Translations under genes and position numbers: made by a program
Part shown: positions 35,236 to 44,161 of the stretch, one piece after another
How the letters are laid out: each line of letters starts with the position of its first letter
Numbering within the stretch: the stretch's first letter is position 1
From: a bacterium
GTDB lineage: Bacteria > Actinomycetota > Acidimicrobiia > Spongiisociales > JAENVV01
Assembly: GCA_024639975.1 (NCBI GenBank)
Contig: JAHEFX010000001.1
Span: 1,460 to 65,459, forward strand
Direction of reading: 5' to 3'
DNA: 64,000 bases
The notes under the pieces: generated by a model
The model's input: only the letters and a program-made list of their open reading frames with translations
Told to the model about the DNA's origin: nothing
Database searches by the model: none

Positions 35236-35982
35236 CTAGGTACCGGCGACGCCGCTGAAGAGGAGGATCACCTGCACGCTGTTGTAGGTGGCGTGCATGA
35301 AGAAGGCCCGGCCGATCCGCCCGTTGTCAGCCTCCACCAGCCAGCCGAGCACGAGCGACAGGAGGAAGATCGGCCCGAGGAGGACGAAGAGCACGGTCGC
35401 CAGGTTCCCTCCCTGGAAGTGCACCGCGGCGAAGATGAGTGACGTGATCACGATGGTCGGCATCGGGGCGAACCGACGGGACAGGGAGCCTTGGAGGACG
35501 CCGCGGTAGAGGAGCTCCTCGGTGAGGGGTCCGACCACCCCGACCCCGAGCACGGCGGCCGCCGTCCAGAGGGGTCCCTGGATGTTCTCGAAGCTGGTGA
35601 CCAGGTCCTGGGAAGGTGCGTCGACCCCGGTTGCCTCCACGATGAGACCGAACACGATGAGACCGCCAACCGCGCCCAGCCCCCAGAAGATCCCGCGGGC
35701 GTCGGCTCCGGTGATGGGCAGCCCGAAGTCCTCGAGCGATGCCCGGCGGATGGCCTTGAGCACGAACAGACCGGCGATGGAGCCGATCCACTGCGAGGCG
35801 AGCGAGATGCCCAGGAACGTCGGATCCGACAGGATCCCCACGACGTCGAGGGACTCCGGCGGGGCCATGATGAAGGCCACGATCACGCCGAAGAAGCTGG
35901 CGCCGAGCATGGTCGCGAACACGATCAGGAAGTCGTAGACGCGGAACGGTGACTCGGTGGAACGGGCGGGAATCTGCTGCAT
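35236..35982 (-). CDS. CPBP-family intramembrane metalloprotease (second copy)
   Basis: Motifs [10 protein letters not shown] (EExxxR), AAVHF and MHATYN. 248 aa, multi-TM. Start at the internal ATG 35982. Confidence 0.7.
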   Translation of the reverse strand: MQQIPARSTESPFRVYDFLIVFATMLGASFFGVIVAFIMAPPESLDVVGILSDPTFLGISLASQWIGSIAGLFVLKAIRRASLEDFGLPITGADARGIFWGLGAVGGLIVFGLIVEATGVDAPSQDLVTSFENIQGPLWTAAAVLGVGVVGPLTEELLYRGVLQGSLSRRFAPMPTIVITSLIFAAVHFQGGNLATVLFVLLGPIFLLSLVLGWLVEADNGRIGRAFFMHATYNSVQVILLFSGVAGT

Positions 35983-36053
35983 GTGTCCCGGGAGGTGTGG
36001 GATACGGCCGCTGGTACCGTAGCGCCCTCCCCGAAGCGCACAGGAGCCCCGAG

Positions 36054-37634
36054 TTGAGCGGACCCGTCGGACAGCCGAAGCACGGACAGGCGTCATCGCT
36101 CGAGGACACCGAGAAGGTCCTCGTCGTCGACCTCGGTGCCCAGTACGCCCGACTGATCGCCCGGCGTGTCCGCGAGGCCTCCGTGTTCTCCGAGATCGTC
36201 CCCCGGACGATCACACCCGAAGAGGTCCGGGCGACCGGCCCGATCGGCATCATCCTGTCGGGCGGCCCGGACTCCGTGAACGCCGACGACGCCGTCGAGA
36301 TCGACCCGAAGATCCTCGAGCTGGGGATCCCCGTCCTCGGGATTTGCTACGGCCACCAACTCCTCGCACGCGACTTGGGAGGGGACGTGGCGGCCACCGG
36401 CACCGGCGAGTACGGCCGGACGGACATGACCATCACCGGCGACTCCCGGTTGCTGGGTGGTCTGGACACCAGCCAGACCGTCTGGATGTCCCACGTCGAT
36501 TCCGTGACGACCCTGCCGGAAGGCTTCACCACCGTCGCCTCCACACCCGGGGCCCCGGTCGCCGCCATGGAAGCCCCCGAGCGCGGCTACTACGGGGTCC
36601 AGTTCCACCCCGAGGTCGTACACACACCGATCGGAGGCGAGGTCATCCGTCGTTTCGTCCAGGACGTCTGCGAAGCGGGGGAGGACTGGAACCAGGCATC
36701 GATCGCCGAGCACTCGATCGCCGCCATCCGCGAAGAGGTCGGCGATGGCAAGGTGATCTGCGGTCTGTCGGGCGGGGTCGACTCCTCGGTGGCCGCCGCC
36801 CTCGTCCACGAGGCGGTCGGCGACCAGCTGACATGCATCTTCGTGGACCACGGCCTGCTCCGCCTCAACGAAGCCGAACAGGTCGTGAAGACGTTCCGGG
36901 ACACCTTCGAGATCAACCTCGTGCACGTCGACGCTGCAGAGCTCTTCTTGTCCAAGCTGGAAGGGGTCACCGATCCCGAGGAGAAGCGGAAGATCATCGG
37001 CGAGCAGTTCATCCGGGTCTTCGAGGCAGAGGCCGCCAAACACTCCGATGCCAAATTCCTCGTGCAGGGGACGCTCTACCCCGACGTGATCGAGTCGGGC
37101 GGCGAGCACGCCGCCGTCATCAAGTCGCACCACAACGTGGGCGGCCTACCCGACGATATGGTCCTCGAGCTGGTGGAGCCGCTGCGCGACCTGTTCAAGG
37201 ACGAGGTACGCGCCGTCGGCTCCGAGCTGGGACTGCCCGATGAGATCGTCTGGCGCCAGCCGTTCCCCGGTCCCGGTCTTGCCGTCCGCATCATCGGTGA
37301 CATCACCGAAGAGCGCCTGGACCTGTTGCGACGTGCCGACCACATCGTGCGCGAAGAGCTCCGACTCGGCGGCCTCGAGCGCGAGATCTGGCAGTCGTTC
37401 GCCGTGCTTCCCGCCATCAGATCGGTGGGCGTGCAGGGCGATTTCCGCACCTACTCGTACCCCATCATCGTCCGCGCCGTCACCAGCGAGGACGCCATGA
37501 CCGCGGACTGGGCCCGGATCCCCTACGACGTCCTCGAGAAGATCTCCTCCCGGGTCATCAACGAGGTCGAGGGCATCAACCGCGTCGCCTACGACATCAG
37601 CTCGAAGCCGCCGGCGACGATCGAGTGGGAGTGA
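36054..37634 (+). CDS. guaA: GMP synthase (glutamine-hydrolysing)
   Basis: GATase1 region ([20 protein letters not shown]…GICYGHQLL…HPEV), ATP-PPase SGGVDSSV, and C-terminal dimerisation domain ending IEWE. Start uncertain: TTG 36054 proposed; the track GTG 35949 would overlap the divergent CPBP gene. Confidence 0.85.
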   Translation: MSGPVGQPKHGQASSLEDTEKVLVVDLGAQYARLIARRVREASVFSEIVPRTITPEEVRATGPIGIILSGGPDSVNADDAVEIDPKILELGIPVLGICYGHQLLARDLGGDVAATGTGEYGRTDMTITGDSRLLGGLDTSQTVWMSHVDSVTTLPEGFTTVASTPGAPVAAMEAPERGYYGVQFHPEVVHTPIGGEVIRRFVQDVCEAGEDWNQASIAEHSIAAIREEVGDGKVICGLSGGVDSSVAAALVHEAVGDQLTCIFVDHGLLRLNEAEQVVKTFRDTFEINLVHVDAAELFLSKLEGVTDPEEKRKIIGEQFIRVFEAEAAKHSDAKFLVQGTLYPDVIESGGEHAAVIKSHHNVGGLPDDMVLELVEPLRDLFKDEVRAVGSELGLPDEIVWRQPFPGPGLAVRIIGDITEERLDLLRRADHIVREELRLGGLEREIWQSFAVLPAIRSVGVQGDFRTYSYPIIVRAVTSEDAMTADWARIPYDVLEKISSRVINEVEGINRVAYDISSKPPATIEWE

Positions 37635-37714
37635 TCCGGCCCGACGGCCACCTGGCGACGGCCCAGCTCCAAAGGTACTGAAGGGGGACCCGCCGCAGGA
37701 ATGGGTCCCGCCGG

Positions 37715-39853
37715 TTGGAGTCCGGTGGGGGCGGGATCCTCGAGGACGTGAATCTTCGCCTTCCGACCTCCTCAGGTCGGCCCCTCACCATCCCGATACC
37801 ACTCCTACGCGTACCGGAGCATGTCCCCTTGGAGTGGTCGAACGACCCTGAACTCGTGAAGATCTTCGTCGCCGAGACGGCGGAGCGTTCCGCGCGTCTC
37901 GTGTCGGCTGCCGGTTCGATCTCCGAGAAGCGGCCGGACGCACGGATGGCCACCACGGCAGCACGCGACGCCCACACCCTGAAGGGCAACTTCGCCATGC
38001 TGGGCTACGAGTTCCTCAGCGCCGCAGCGGAGTCGATAGAGGACGCATGGAAGAGGATCGCCGACGACTCCCTGACCGTCGATGGCTCCTTCGCCTCCTC
38101 CCTTTCCGCTCTCTCTGCCGCCCTGCTGCCCGCCCTCGAGCACGGCGAGTCCACGCTCGGCCCTGCCTGCCGCTCGGTCTGCCATGCGCTTGGGCGGGCT
38201 TGTCGATTCGACGAAGGCGAAGCTGGGAGGAACGAGACCTTCTACGGCCTGGCCAACGACCGCCCGGACCTCGATGGCCTCCTCACCCGAACCCGAGGCC
38301 TCGTCCTCGGTGATGCCGTGCGTGTCGACTCCGGCCGCCTGTATGAAGTCATCAACCGATCCGTGGAGGTCCGCCTGGACATCGATGCCCTCGTGGAGGC
38401 GCTCAAGGCGGAGGTCGGTGAGGGTGCTTGGTCGCGCGCCGCCGAGGCGCTCCAGGCCGCCATCGGCAAGCTCCAGTCCGAGACCGCCGTGCTCGCCACC
38501 GGCCCGCTCCGGGAGATCACCACGACGCTCGCCCAGTTGGTGCGATACATCTCCAACCGGACGGGCAAGCGGGTCGACTTCAAGATCGTCGGGGACGAGA
38601 TCGAGGTCGATCGCCAGCTCTTGGATGTGCTCCGCGAGCCGCTGCGCCACCTCGTGGTCAATGCCGTGGACCACGGTTGCGAGCATCCCGACAAACGAAT
38701 CGCTGCCGGCAAGCCCGAGGTGGCGTCGGTCACCCTCTCGTTCGTCGCCGATGGTTCGACACTCCGTGCGTCGGTCACCGACGACGGCCGCGGGGTGGAA
38801 TGGGACGAGGTCGAAGCGGCCGCACGCCGGGCCCGACTGCTGACCGAAGAAGGCATCCCGAGCCGGACCGACCTCGAGCACCTCCTCGTCGCCCACGGTC
38901 TCTCGACCGGTGGATCCGGCGACGGCTTCTCCGGCGACGGGGTCGGGTTGGCGTTGGTGGCGAAGCTGGTGGACAAGGTCCACGGCGGCATGCGCATCGA
39001 TTCCCTCCCGGGCTCCGGCACCCGAGTATCGGTCTCCCTCCCGTCCTCACTGGCCCTCCAGGACGTGATCCTGGTTCGCTGTGCCGGCATGCGCTGGGGC
39101 GTCCCACGCGCCGCCGTGGTCGATGTCCTCGAGTACAAGCCGGCCAACCTCGTCGTCGAGGACTGGGACATCGCCTACCGCTACGCCGACGATGCCATCC
39201 CGTTCGTCTCGCTGTCCCAGCTCCTGGGCCGAGCAAGCGACGAACCGTCCCGGGAGGTCGTCGTCCTGACCACCCGCGCCGGGTTCGTTGCCATGGGCGT
39301 GCCGGCCGTCCTCAGCTCCCGGCTCGTGGCGGTCAAGCGTCTCGCCGGCGTGCTCTCGGGCAACGAGTTCCTTGCGGGTGCTGCCCTGCTCGGCGGTGGC
39401 GACATGGTGGTCGTCGTCGAACCGAACGGGATCGAGGCCGTCGGCGTCCGAGTCGGACCCGATCGGCCGACCATTGCCGTGGTGGACGACTCGCGCGCCG
39501 TCCGCCAGTTGCTCGCTGCGACGCTTGCCTCGGGGGGCTTCGAGGTCGAGTCGATGAGCGACCGGTCCGAGCTCATGGACCTCTTGGCCAAGCGGAGCAT
39601 CCAGGCCGTCGTGCTCGATTTCCACCTCGACCATGACGATGGCGTCTCGATCGCGGCGGCGCTCGGCGACCAGTACCCGGACCTTCCGGTGGTCCTGTTG
39701 TCCGGCGTGGCCGGAGAGACCGAGAAGGAGGCTGCCCGTCGGGTCGGCGTCCGAGAGGTCTTCGACAAGAACGGTCTGGGTGACGGCGCCTTCCTCGAGT
39801 CACTGCGCCGGCTGGTCGCCGGGGACCCGGTGCCCGAGGAGGCAACCCCGTGA
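37715..39853 (+). CDS. CheA-like hybrid histidine kinase: HPt – dimerisation/kinase (HATPase_c) – CheW-like – C-terminal receiver (REC) domain
   Basis: HPt motif AHTLKGNFAMLG. CheA P4 N-box LREPLRHLVVNAVDHGCEHP and G-boxes DDGRGV / GDGVGL. A CheW-like domain runs from DVILVRCAGMRWGVPRAAVVDVLEY to MVVVVEP. REC domain IAVVDDSRAVRQLL…VVLDFHLDHDDG…PVVLLS. No other che genes in the window. Confidence 0.75.
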   Translation: MESGGGGILEDVNLRLPTSSGRPLTIPIPLLRVPEHVPLEWSNDPELVKIFVAETAERSARLVSAAGSISEKRPDARMATTAARDAHTLKGNFAMLGYEFLSAAAESIEDAWKRIADDSLTVDGSFASSLSALSAALLPALEHGESTLGPACRSVCHALGRACRFDEGEAGRNETFYGLANDRPDLDGLLTRTRGLVLGDAVRVDSGRLYEVINRSVEVRLDIDALVEALKAEVGEGAWSRAAEALQAAIGKLQSETAVLATGPLREITTTLAQLVRYISNRTGKRVDFKIVGDEIEVDRQLLDVLREPLRHLVVNAVDHGCEHPDKRIAAGKPEVASVTLSFVADGSTLRASVTDDGRGVEWDEVEAAARRARLLTEEGIPSRTDLEHLLVAHGLSTGGSGDGFSGDGVGLALVAKLVDKVHGGMRIDSLPGSGTRVSVSLPSSLALQDVILVRCAGMRWGVPRAAVVDVLEYKPANLVVEDWDIAYRYADDAIPFVSLSQLLGRASDEPSREVVVLTTRAGFVAMGVPAVLSSRLVAVKRLAGVLSGNEFLAGAALLGGGDMVVVVEPNGIEAVGVRVGPDRPTIAVVDDSRAVRQLLAATLASGGFEVESMSDRSELMDLLAKRSIQAVVLDFHLDHDDGVSIAAALGDQYPDLPVVLLSGVAGETEKEAARRVGVREVFDKNGLGDGAFLESLRRLVAGDPVPEEATP

Positions 39854-40722
39854 CCGGCGGATTCGACCCCTGGGTCGGCCTCGTGGTCGGCCTCGTCCTG
39901 GCTGTCGCCGGACTCGCCTGGGGTCGTTGGCGGGAGGCGGCGGCGCATCGACAGTTCGAGCGTGCCGATCAGATGCGTATGGGCTTCGTCAACACGGTCT
40001 CGCATGAGCTCCGGACGCCGCTGACATCGATCGGTGGCTTCGCCTCGACGCTGCGACGCGACTGGTCCGAGCTGTCGGACCAGGACATCGACGAATTTCT
40101 GGACATCATCTGCCGGGAGGTCGATCACCTGTCGACCCTCGTCGAGGACATCCTCGTCGTGCCCAGCCTCGAGTCCGAGAGCCTCGATCTGGAGCCCGAG
40201 GTCATGGACCTGTCCGAGATGGTCGAAGAGCTCGTGGCAGCGGTCTTCGCACCGGGCCACGGCAAGGACCTCGTGATCACCATCCCGGCGGGGATCAAGG
40301 TCTACTCCGACGCCAAGCGGGTCGGTCAGATCGTCCGCAACCTCCTGGCCAACGCTGCGAAGCACGGTGGACGTCAGATCGCGATCGAGGGCCAGTACGT
40401 CGGGACCCACTACGAGCTGGTCGTCAGCGATGACGGTGCCGGGATTCCCCGCGAGTCCCGACGGGCCATCTTCGAGGAGTTCGAGAAGGGGCTCGGCGGT
40501 GACACCCGCTCCGGCGGAATCGGACTGGGTCTACCGATCGCCCAGCGCCTCTCCCGCCAGATGGGCGGCGACCTCTGGTTCGAGCCCCGGTTCCCCGCCG
40601 GGTCCCGCTTCTTCGTCACCTTCCCGCTGTCGGCCGGCGTCTTCGACGGCGGAGGCAGCGTCCCGCCGGGCACCCGCCAGCCCGAGTTCGAGCTCCAGCG
40701 CCCAATGCGCGGGATCGCGTAG
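39850..40722 (+). CDS. Membrane-anchored sensor histidine kinase (HisKA + HATPase_c), 4-bp overlap with the CheA-like gene
   Basis: One N-terminal TM. H-box VSHELRTPLTSI. N-box VRNLLANAAKHG. G-boxes DDGAGIP / GGIGLGLPIA. GTG start overlapping the upstream TGA. Confidence 0.75.
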   Translation: MTGGFDPWVGLVVGLVLAVAGLAWGRWREAAAHRQFERADQMRMGFVNTVSHELRTPLTSIGGFASTLRRDWSELSDQDIDEFLDIICREVDHLSTLVEDILVVPSLESESLDLEPEVMDLSEMVEELVAAVFAPGHGKDLVITIPAGIKVYSDAKRVGQIVRNLLANAAKHGGRQIAIEGQYVGTHYELVVSDDGAGIPRESRRAIFEEFEKGLGGDTRSGGIGLGLPIAQRLSRQMGGDLWFEPRFPAGSRFFVTFPLSAGVFDGGGSVPPGTRQPEFELQRPMRGIA

Positions 40723-40756
40723 GCGGCCCCCGCCCGCCGTACCACGCATCTCGTAG

Positions 40757-40775
40757 CGGCAACCTGCGGTTGCCG
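40757..40775 (+). terminator. GC hairpin (CGGCAACC-tgc-GGTTGCCG) 35 nt after the kinase stop, flanked by direct repeats CGTACCACG
   Basis: Perfect 8-bp inverted repeat. CGTACCACG at 40738-40746 and 40778-40786. No T-tract. Confidence 0.35.
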
Positions 40776-40881
40776 TGCGTACCACGAGGGTGAGGGCGGC
40801 CACGTCGAGGTACGAGGTACGTCCGCGGAGCGGACCACACACGTGTAATTCAGTCCTGACCCGGCGGTACCATCGACGGCG

Positions 40882-43182
40882 ATGGACACCCTCTTCCCCG
40901 GCTTGGGGGAGGCCGACGGAGCCGACCCCGCGGACTCGCCGATCTTCGACGGGCTCAACCCTGCCCAGCGAGAAGCCGTCGCGGCCACCGACGGGCCGGT
41001 GCTGGTCGTGGCGGGGGCCGGCTCGGGCAAGACCCGGGTGCTGGCCCACCGGATCGCCCACCTGATCCGCGACCTCGACGCCCACCCGTCAGAGATCCTC
41101 GCCATCACCTTCACCAACAAGGCTGCCAATGAGATGCGTGAGCGCGTCGAGCGGCTCGTCGGCGGCGCCGTCCGCCAGATGTGGGTCTCGACGTTCCACT
41201 CGGCGTGCGTGCGCATCCTTCGTCGAGAGGCGCATCGCTTCGGCTATCGGAGCGGCTTCTCGATCTATGACCAGTCCGACAGCCAACGGCTGATCGCCCA
41301 GTGTCTCAACGCCCTCGACCTGGACAGCAAGAAGTTCCCACCCCGGACGATCCAGGCCCAGATCTCCGCTGCCAAGAACGAGCTCGTGGACTTCGAGTCG
41401 TTCGCCGCCAACGGTTCCGGCTTCTTCCACGAACAGATCGCCGACGTCTACCGGCTCTACCAGCAGCGACTCGTAGAGGCATCGGCGATGGACTTCGACG
41501 ACCTGTTGATGGTCACCGTCGAACTCCTCACCGCCTTTCCCGAGGTCGCCGAGCACTACCAGCGTCGCTTCCGGTACATCCACGTCGACGAGTACCAGGA
41601 CACCAACCACGCCCAGTACCGGCTCGTCGGGCTTCTGGCTGCCAAGCACGGGAACCTCTGCGTCGTCGGTGACTCCGACCAGTCGATCTATGCCTTCCGC
41701 GGGGCCGACATCCGCAACATCCTCGAGTTCGAGAAGGACTACCCGGACGCCCGGATCGTCGTCCTCGACCAGAACTACCGATCGACCCAGAACATCCTCT
41801 CTGCGGCCAACGCAGTGATAGCCCAGAACCAGGGGCGCCGTCCCAAGCACCTCTGGACCGACCAGGGCGATGGCCCGACGATCACCCACTTCCAGGGCGA
41901 GGACGAGCACGACGAGGCCGCCTTCATCGCCGATCGGATCCGTGACCTCACGTCCAACGGACTCACGCTCGACGACATCGCCGTCTTCTACCGCACCAAT
42001 GCCCAGTCCCGAGTGGTGGAAGACGTCTTCAATCGTCGCGGCGTTTCCTACAAGGTGATCGGCGGGGTGCGCTTCTACGACCGCAAGGAGGTCAAGGACG
42101 CGACCTCCTACCTGCGTTGTGTGGTGAACCCCGCAGACCAGGTGGCGCTCAAACGGGTCATCAACGTCCCCAAGCGGTCCATCGGGGCGACGTCGGTGGC
42201 CCACGTCGACCGCTTCGCCGCAGCCGAGGGCATCGGCTTCCACGAAGCCCTCCGCCGGGCCGTCGAGATCGAGGCGTTGACACCCCGGGCCACGCGGGCG
42301 ATCGCCTCATTCGTCGCCATCCTCGACTCGATCGGCGAGGCTGCGGCCGACAAGGGCCCCGCCGCCGCCGTCGACGCCGTGCTCGGGGAGGTCGGCCTCC
42401 TCGCCGACGTCGAGGCCGACGGGAGCATCGAGGCGCTCGGCCGCGGTGAGAACCTCCGGGAACTGGCCAGCGTCGTGCTCGAGTTCGAGGAGATGATGGA
42501 GGGAGCGGTGGTCGACGAGGTCGACTGGTCCGAGCTCGACGGTCTCGACCGGCTGCGCCACTTCCTCGAGGGGGTCTCCCTCGTTGCCGAAGTCGACGAC
42601 CTGGACCCGAGCGCCGGTTCGGTGACCGTCATGACCATCCACAACGCCAAGGGCCTCGAGTACCCGGCGGTCTTCATCGTCGGCATGGAGGACGGCGTCT
42701 TCCCGCACATGCGTTCCTTGGGCGACCCATCCGAGCTCGAGGAGGAGCGGAGGCTCTGCTACGTGGGCATCACCCGGGCCGAGAGGCACCTCTACCTGAC
42801 CCATGCCACGAGCCGGATGCTCTGGGGCGGCCGCAACTACAACCCGAAGAGCCGGTTCCTCGACGAGATCCCCAAGGACCTGATGGAGGAGTCGGGCCGA
42901 CGTCGTCGACACCGACCGACCGAGATGCGACGCGCCCGGACCACCGGGTCGTCGTGGTCTGCGCCACTGCCGCCGCAGACGAAGACGATCGAGGAGAAGG
43001 CAGCCACCGGGGCTGAACCCGGTATCGAGCCCGGCGACCGGGTGGTCCATGACAAGTGGGGGACCGGCCTGGTGCGAGAGATCACGGGGTCGGGCGATCG
43101 AGCCGAGGCGCTGGTCCTCTTCCACGACCATGGACAGAAGCGCCTCCTCCTCGCCTGGGCGCCACTGAAGAAAGCGGACTGA
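40882..43182 (+). CDS. pcrA: ATP-dependent DNA helicase PcrA/UvrD family
   Basis: Helicase motifs: I VAGAGSGKT; Ia ITFTNKAANEM; II VDEYQDTN; III VVGDSDQSIY; IV YRS; V/VI VMTIHNAKGLEYPAVFIVG and VGITRAERHL. C-terminal KWGTG(L)V motif typical of PcrA/UvrD. Confidence 0.85.
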   Translation: MDTLFPGLGEADGADPADSPIFDGLNPAQREAVAATDGPVLVVAGAGSGKTRVLAHRIAHLIRDLDAHPSEILAITFTNKAANEMRERVERLVGGAVRQMWVSTFHSACVRILRREAHRFGYRSGFSIYDQSDSQRLIAQCLNALDLDSKKFPPRTIQAQISAAKNELVDFESFAANGSGFFHEQIADVYRLYQQRLVEASAMDFDDLLMVTVELLTAFPEVAEHYQRRFRYIHVDEYQDTNHAQYRLVGLLAAKHGNLCVVGDSDQSIYAFRGADIRNILEFEKDYPDARIVVLDQNYRSTQNILSAANAVIAQNQGRRPKHLWTDQGDGPTITHFQGEDEHDEAAFIADRIRDLTSNGLTLDDIAVFYRTNAQSRVVEDVFNRRGVSYKVIGGVRFYDRKEVKDATSYLRCVVNPADQVALKRVINVPKRSIGATSVAHVDRFAAAEGIGFHEALRRAVEIEALTPRATRAIASFVAILDSIGEAAADKGPAAAVDAVLGEVGLLADVEADGSIEALGRGENLRELASVVLEFEEMMEGAVVDEVDWSELDGLDRLRHFLEGVSLVAEVDDLDPSAGSVTVMTIHNAKGLEYPAVFIVGMEDGVFPHMRSLGDPSELEEERRLCYVGITRAERHLYLTHATSRMLWGGRNYNPKSRFLDEIPKDLMEESGRRRRHRPTEMRRARTTGSSWSAPLPPQTKTIEEKAATGAEPGIEPGDRVVHDKWGTGLVREITGSGDRAEALVLFHDHGQKRLLLAWAPLKKAD

Positions 43183-43222
43183 GTCCAATTAGGCTCTCCC
43201 GCCCAAGGACTGAAAGGCCTCA

Positions 43223-43600
43223 ATGGAACTGCTCGGAAACCTCTTCTGGACGATGTTCGTCATCTTCTTCTTCGTCGTGTACTTCATGGCGCTGTTCAGC
43301 ATCTTCGGCGACCTCTTCCGCTCGGACATGTCCGGTTGGTCGAAGGCCGGGTGGACCCTCTTCATCTTTGCCATCCCCCTCATCGCCATGCTCATCTACC
43401 TCATCGTCCATGGACGCAAGATGGGCGAGCGGGCTGCTGCCGATGCGGCGAAGCAGCAGGAGGCGATGGACTCCTACATCCGCGACGCCGCCGGCTCATC
43501 GAGCTCGGCGGACGAGATCGCCAAGGCAAAGGACCTGCTCGACCGCGGGGCGATCTCCCAAGAGGAGTTCGACGCCATCAAGGCCAAGGCCCTCGCCTAG
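43223..43600 (+). CDS. PLDc_N (phospholipase-D-like N-terminal membrane domain) + SHOCT-domain small membrane protein
   Basis: Two TM helices rich in F/I (MFVIFFFVVYFMALFSIF…WTLFIFAIPLIAMLIYLI) and a C-terminal SHOCT motif LLDRGAISQEEFDAIKAKAL. Confidence 0.6.
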   Translation: MELLGNLFWTMFVIFFFVVYFMALFSIFGDLFRSDMSGWSKAGWTLFIFAIPLIAMLIYLIVHGRKMGERAAADAAKQQEAMDSYIRDAAGSSSSADEIAKAKDLLDRGAISQEEFDAIKAKALA

Positions 43601-43621
43601 GCACCCCACCGCCGACCCGTT

Positions 43622-43653
43622 ACGAAGGCCCCCGGTAGACCGGGGGCCTTCGT
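43622..43653 (+). terminator. Strong 14-bp stem hairpin (ACGAAGGCCCCCGG-taga-CCGGGGGCCTTCGT) 22 nt after the stop codon
   Basis: Perfect inverted repeat. No U-tract, as is usual in high-GC actinobacteria. Confidence 0.5.
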
Positions 43654-43902
43654 CGTGGTCGGGTCCGTCCAGACGAGCTGGCAGAGACCGCGACCACGAC
43701 CACCAACGTGACCCGCGAATGGACCACGATCATGACCAACGTAGGGGCGACCGTCGCCGCTGCGATGTTGCGCTCGGCGCTCCCGAGCGCCTCACCCAGC
43801 GCTCGACGCGGCCCTTCCTCCTACTCGAACCCGGACCCGCCTTGGCAACACATGGAGTCGGTCCTTCGTCGGGGGTAGGTGCAAAGCAGGGGCGGGCACC
43901 AC

Positions 43903-44100
43903 TCAGGCATCGTCGGATCCTCGGTCTTCCGAGGTTCCGGATGCGGCGGAGCGGGCACTCCAGACCAGCAGGGCGATGGCTGCCAGAAGGACGAGCCACG
44001 CCCAATCGGCGCTTCCGCTGGTCGCCATCATGACCCACGAGTAGATCGCGATCAGCACGAGACCGGCGATTCCCGCAGCGAGTGGGCCTCGGTTCGGCAT
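43903..44100 (-). CDS. Possible small two-TM membrane protein (65 aa)
   Basis: Internal ATG gives MPNRGPLAAGIAGLVLIAIYSWVMMATSGSADWAWLVLLAAIALLVWSARSAASG…. The rest of the track ORF is a low-complexity shadow. Weak call. Confidence 0.3.
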   Translation of the reverse strand: MPNRGPLAAGIAGLVLIAIYSWVMMATSGSADWAWLVLLAAIALLVWSARSAASGTSEDRGSDDA

Positions 44101-44161
44101 GGACCCCTCCTCGTCGTCGAAGGTTCTCGAAGCTACCCTCCCGGCTCCCCGGCGCCGTCGC

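Noticed and set aside
35949-36053. GTG start of guaA at 35949 as given by the ORF track
   Set aside because: It would make guaA overlap the divergently transcribed CPBP gene start (35982) by 34 bp and add ~55 non-conserved residues before the conserved [10 protein letters not shown] block. A downstream TTG (36054) is more plausible, though unverified.
43223-43600. Locally lower GC (~55-58%) suggesting horizontally acquired DNA
   Set aside because: The drop is explained by the Phe/Ile/Leu/Met-rich two-TM segment of the encoded protein. Third-codon positions remain C/G-biased (ttc, atc, ctc), as in the rest of the window.
43654-43902. Possible tRNA or small ORF in the 250-bp gene-free gap
   Set aside because: No T-loop GTTCRA or cloverleaf-compatible segments were recognisable by eye. 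The only ORF (43730-44038, minus strand) is R-rich shadow sequence. Untested for sRNA.
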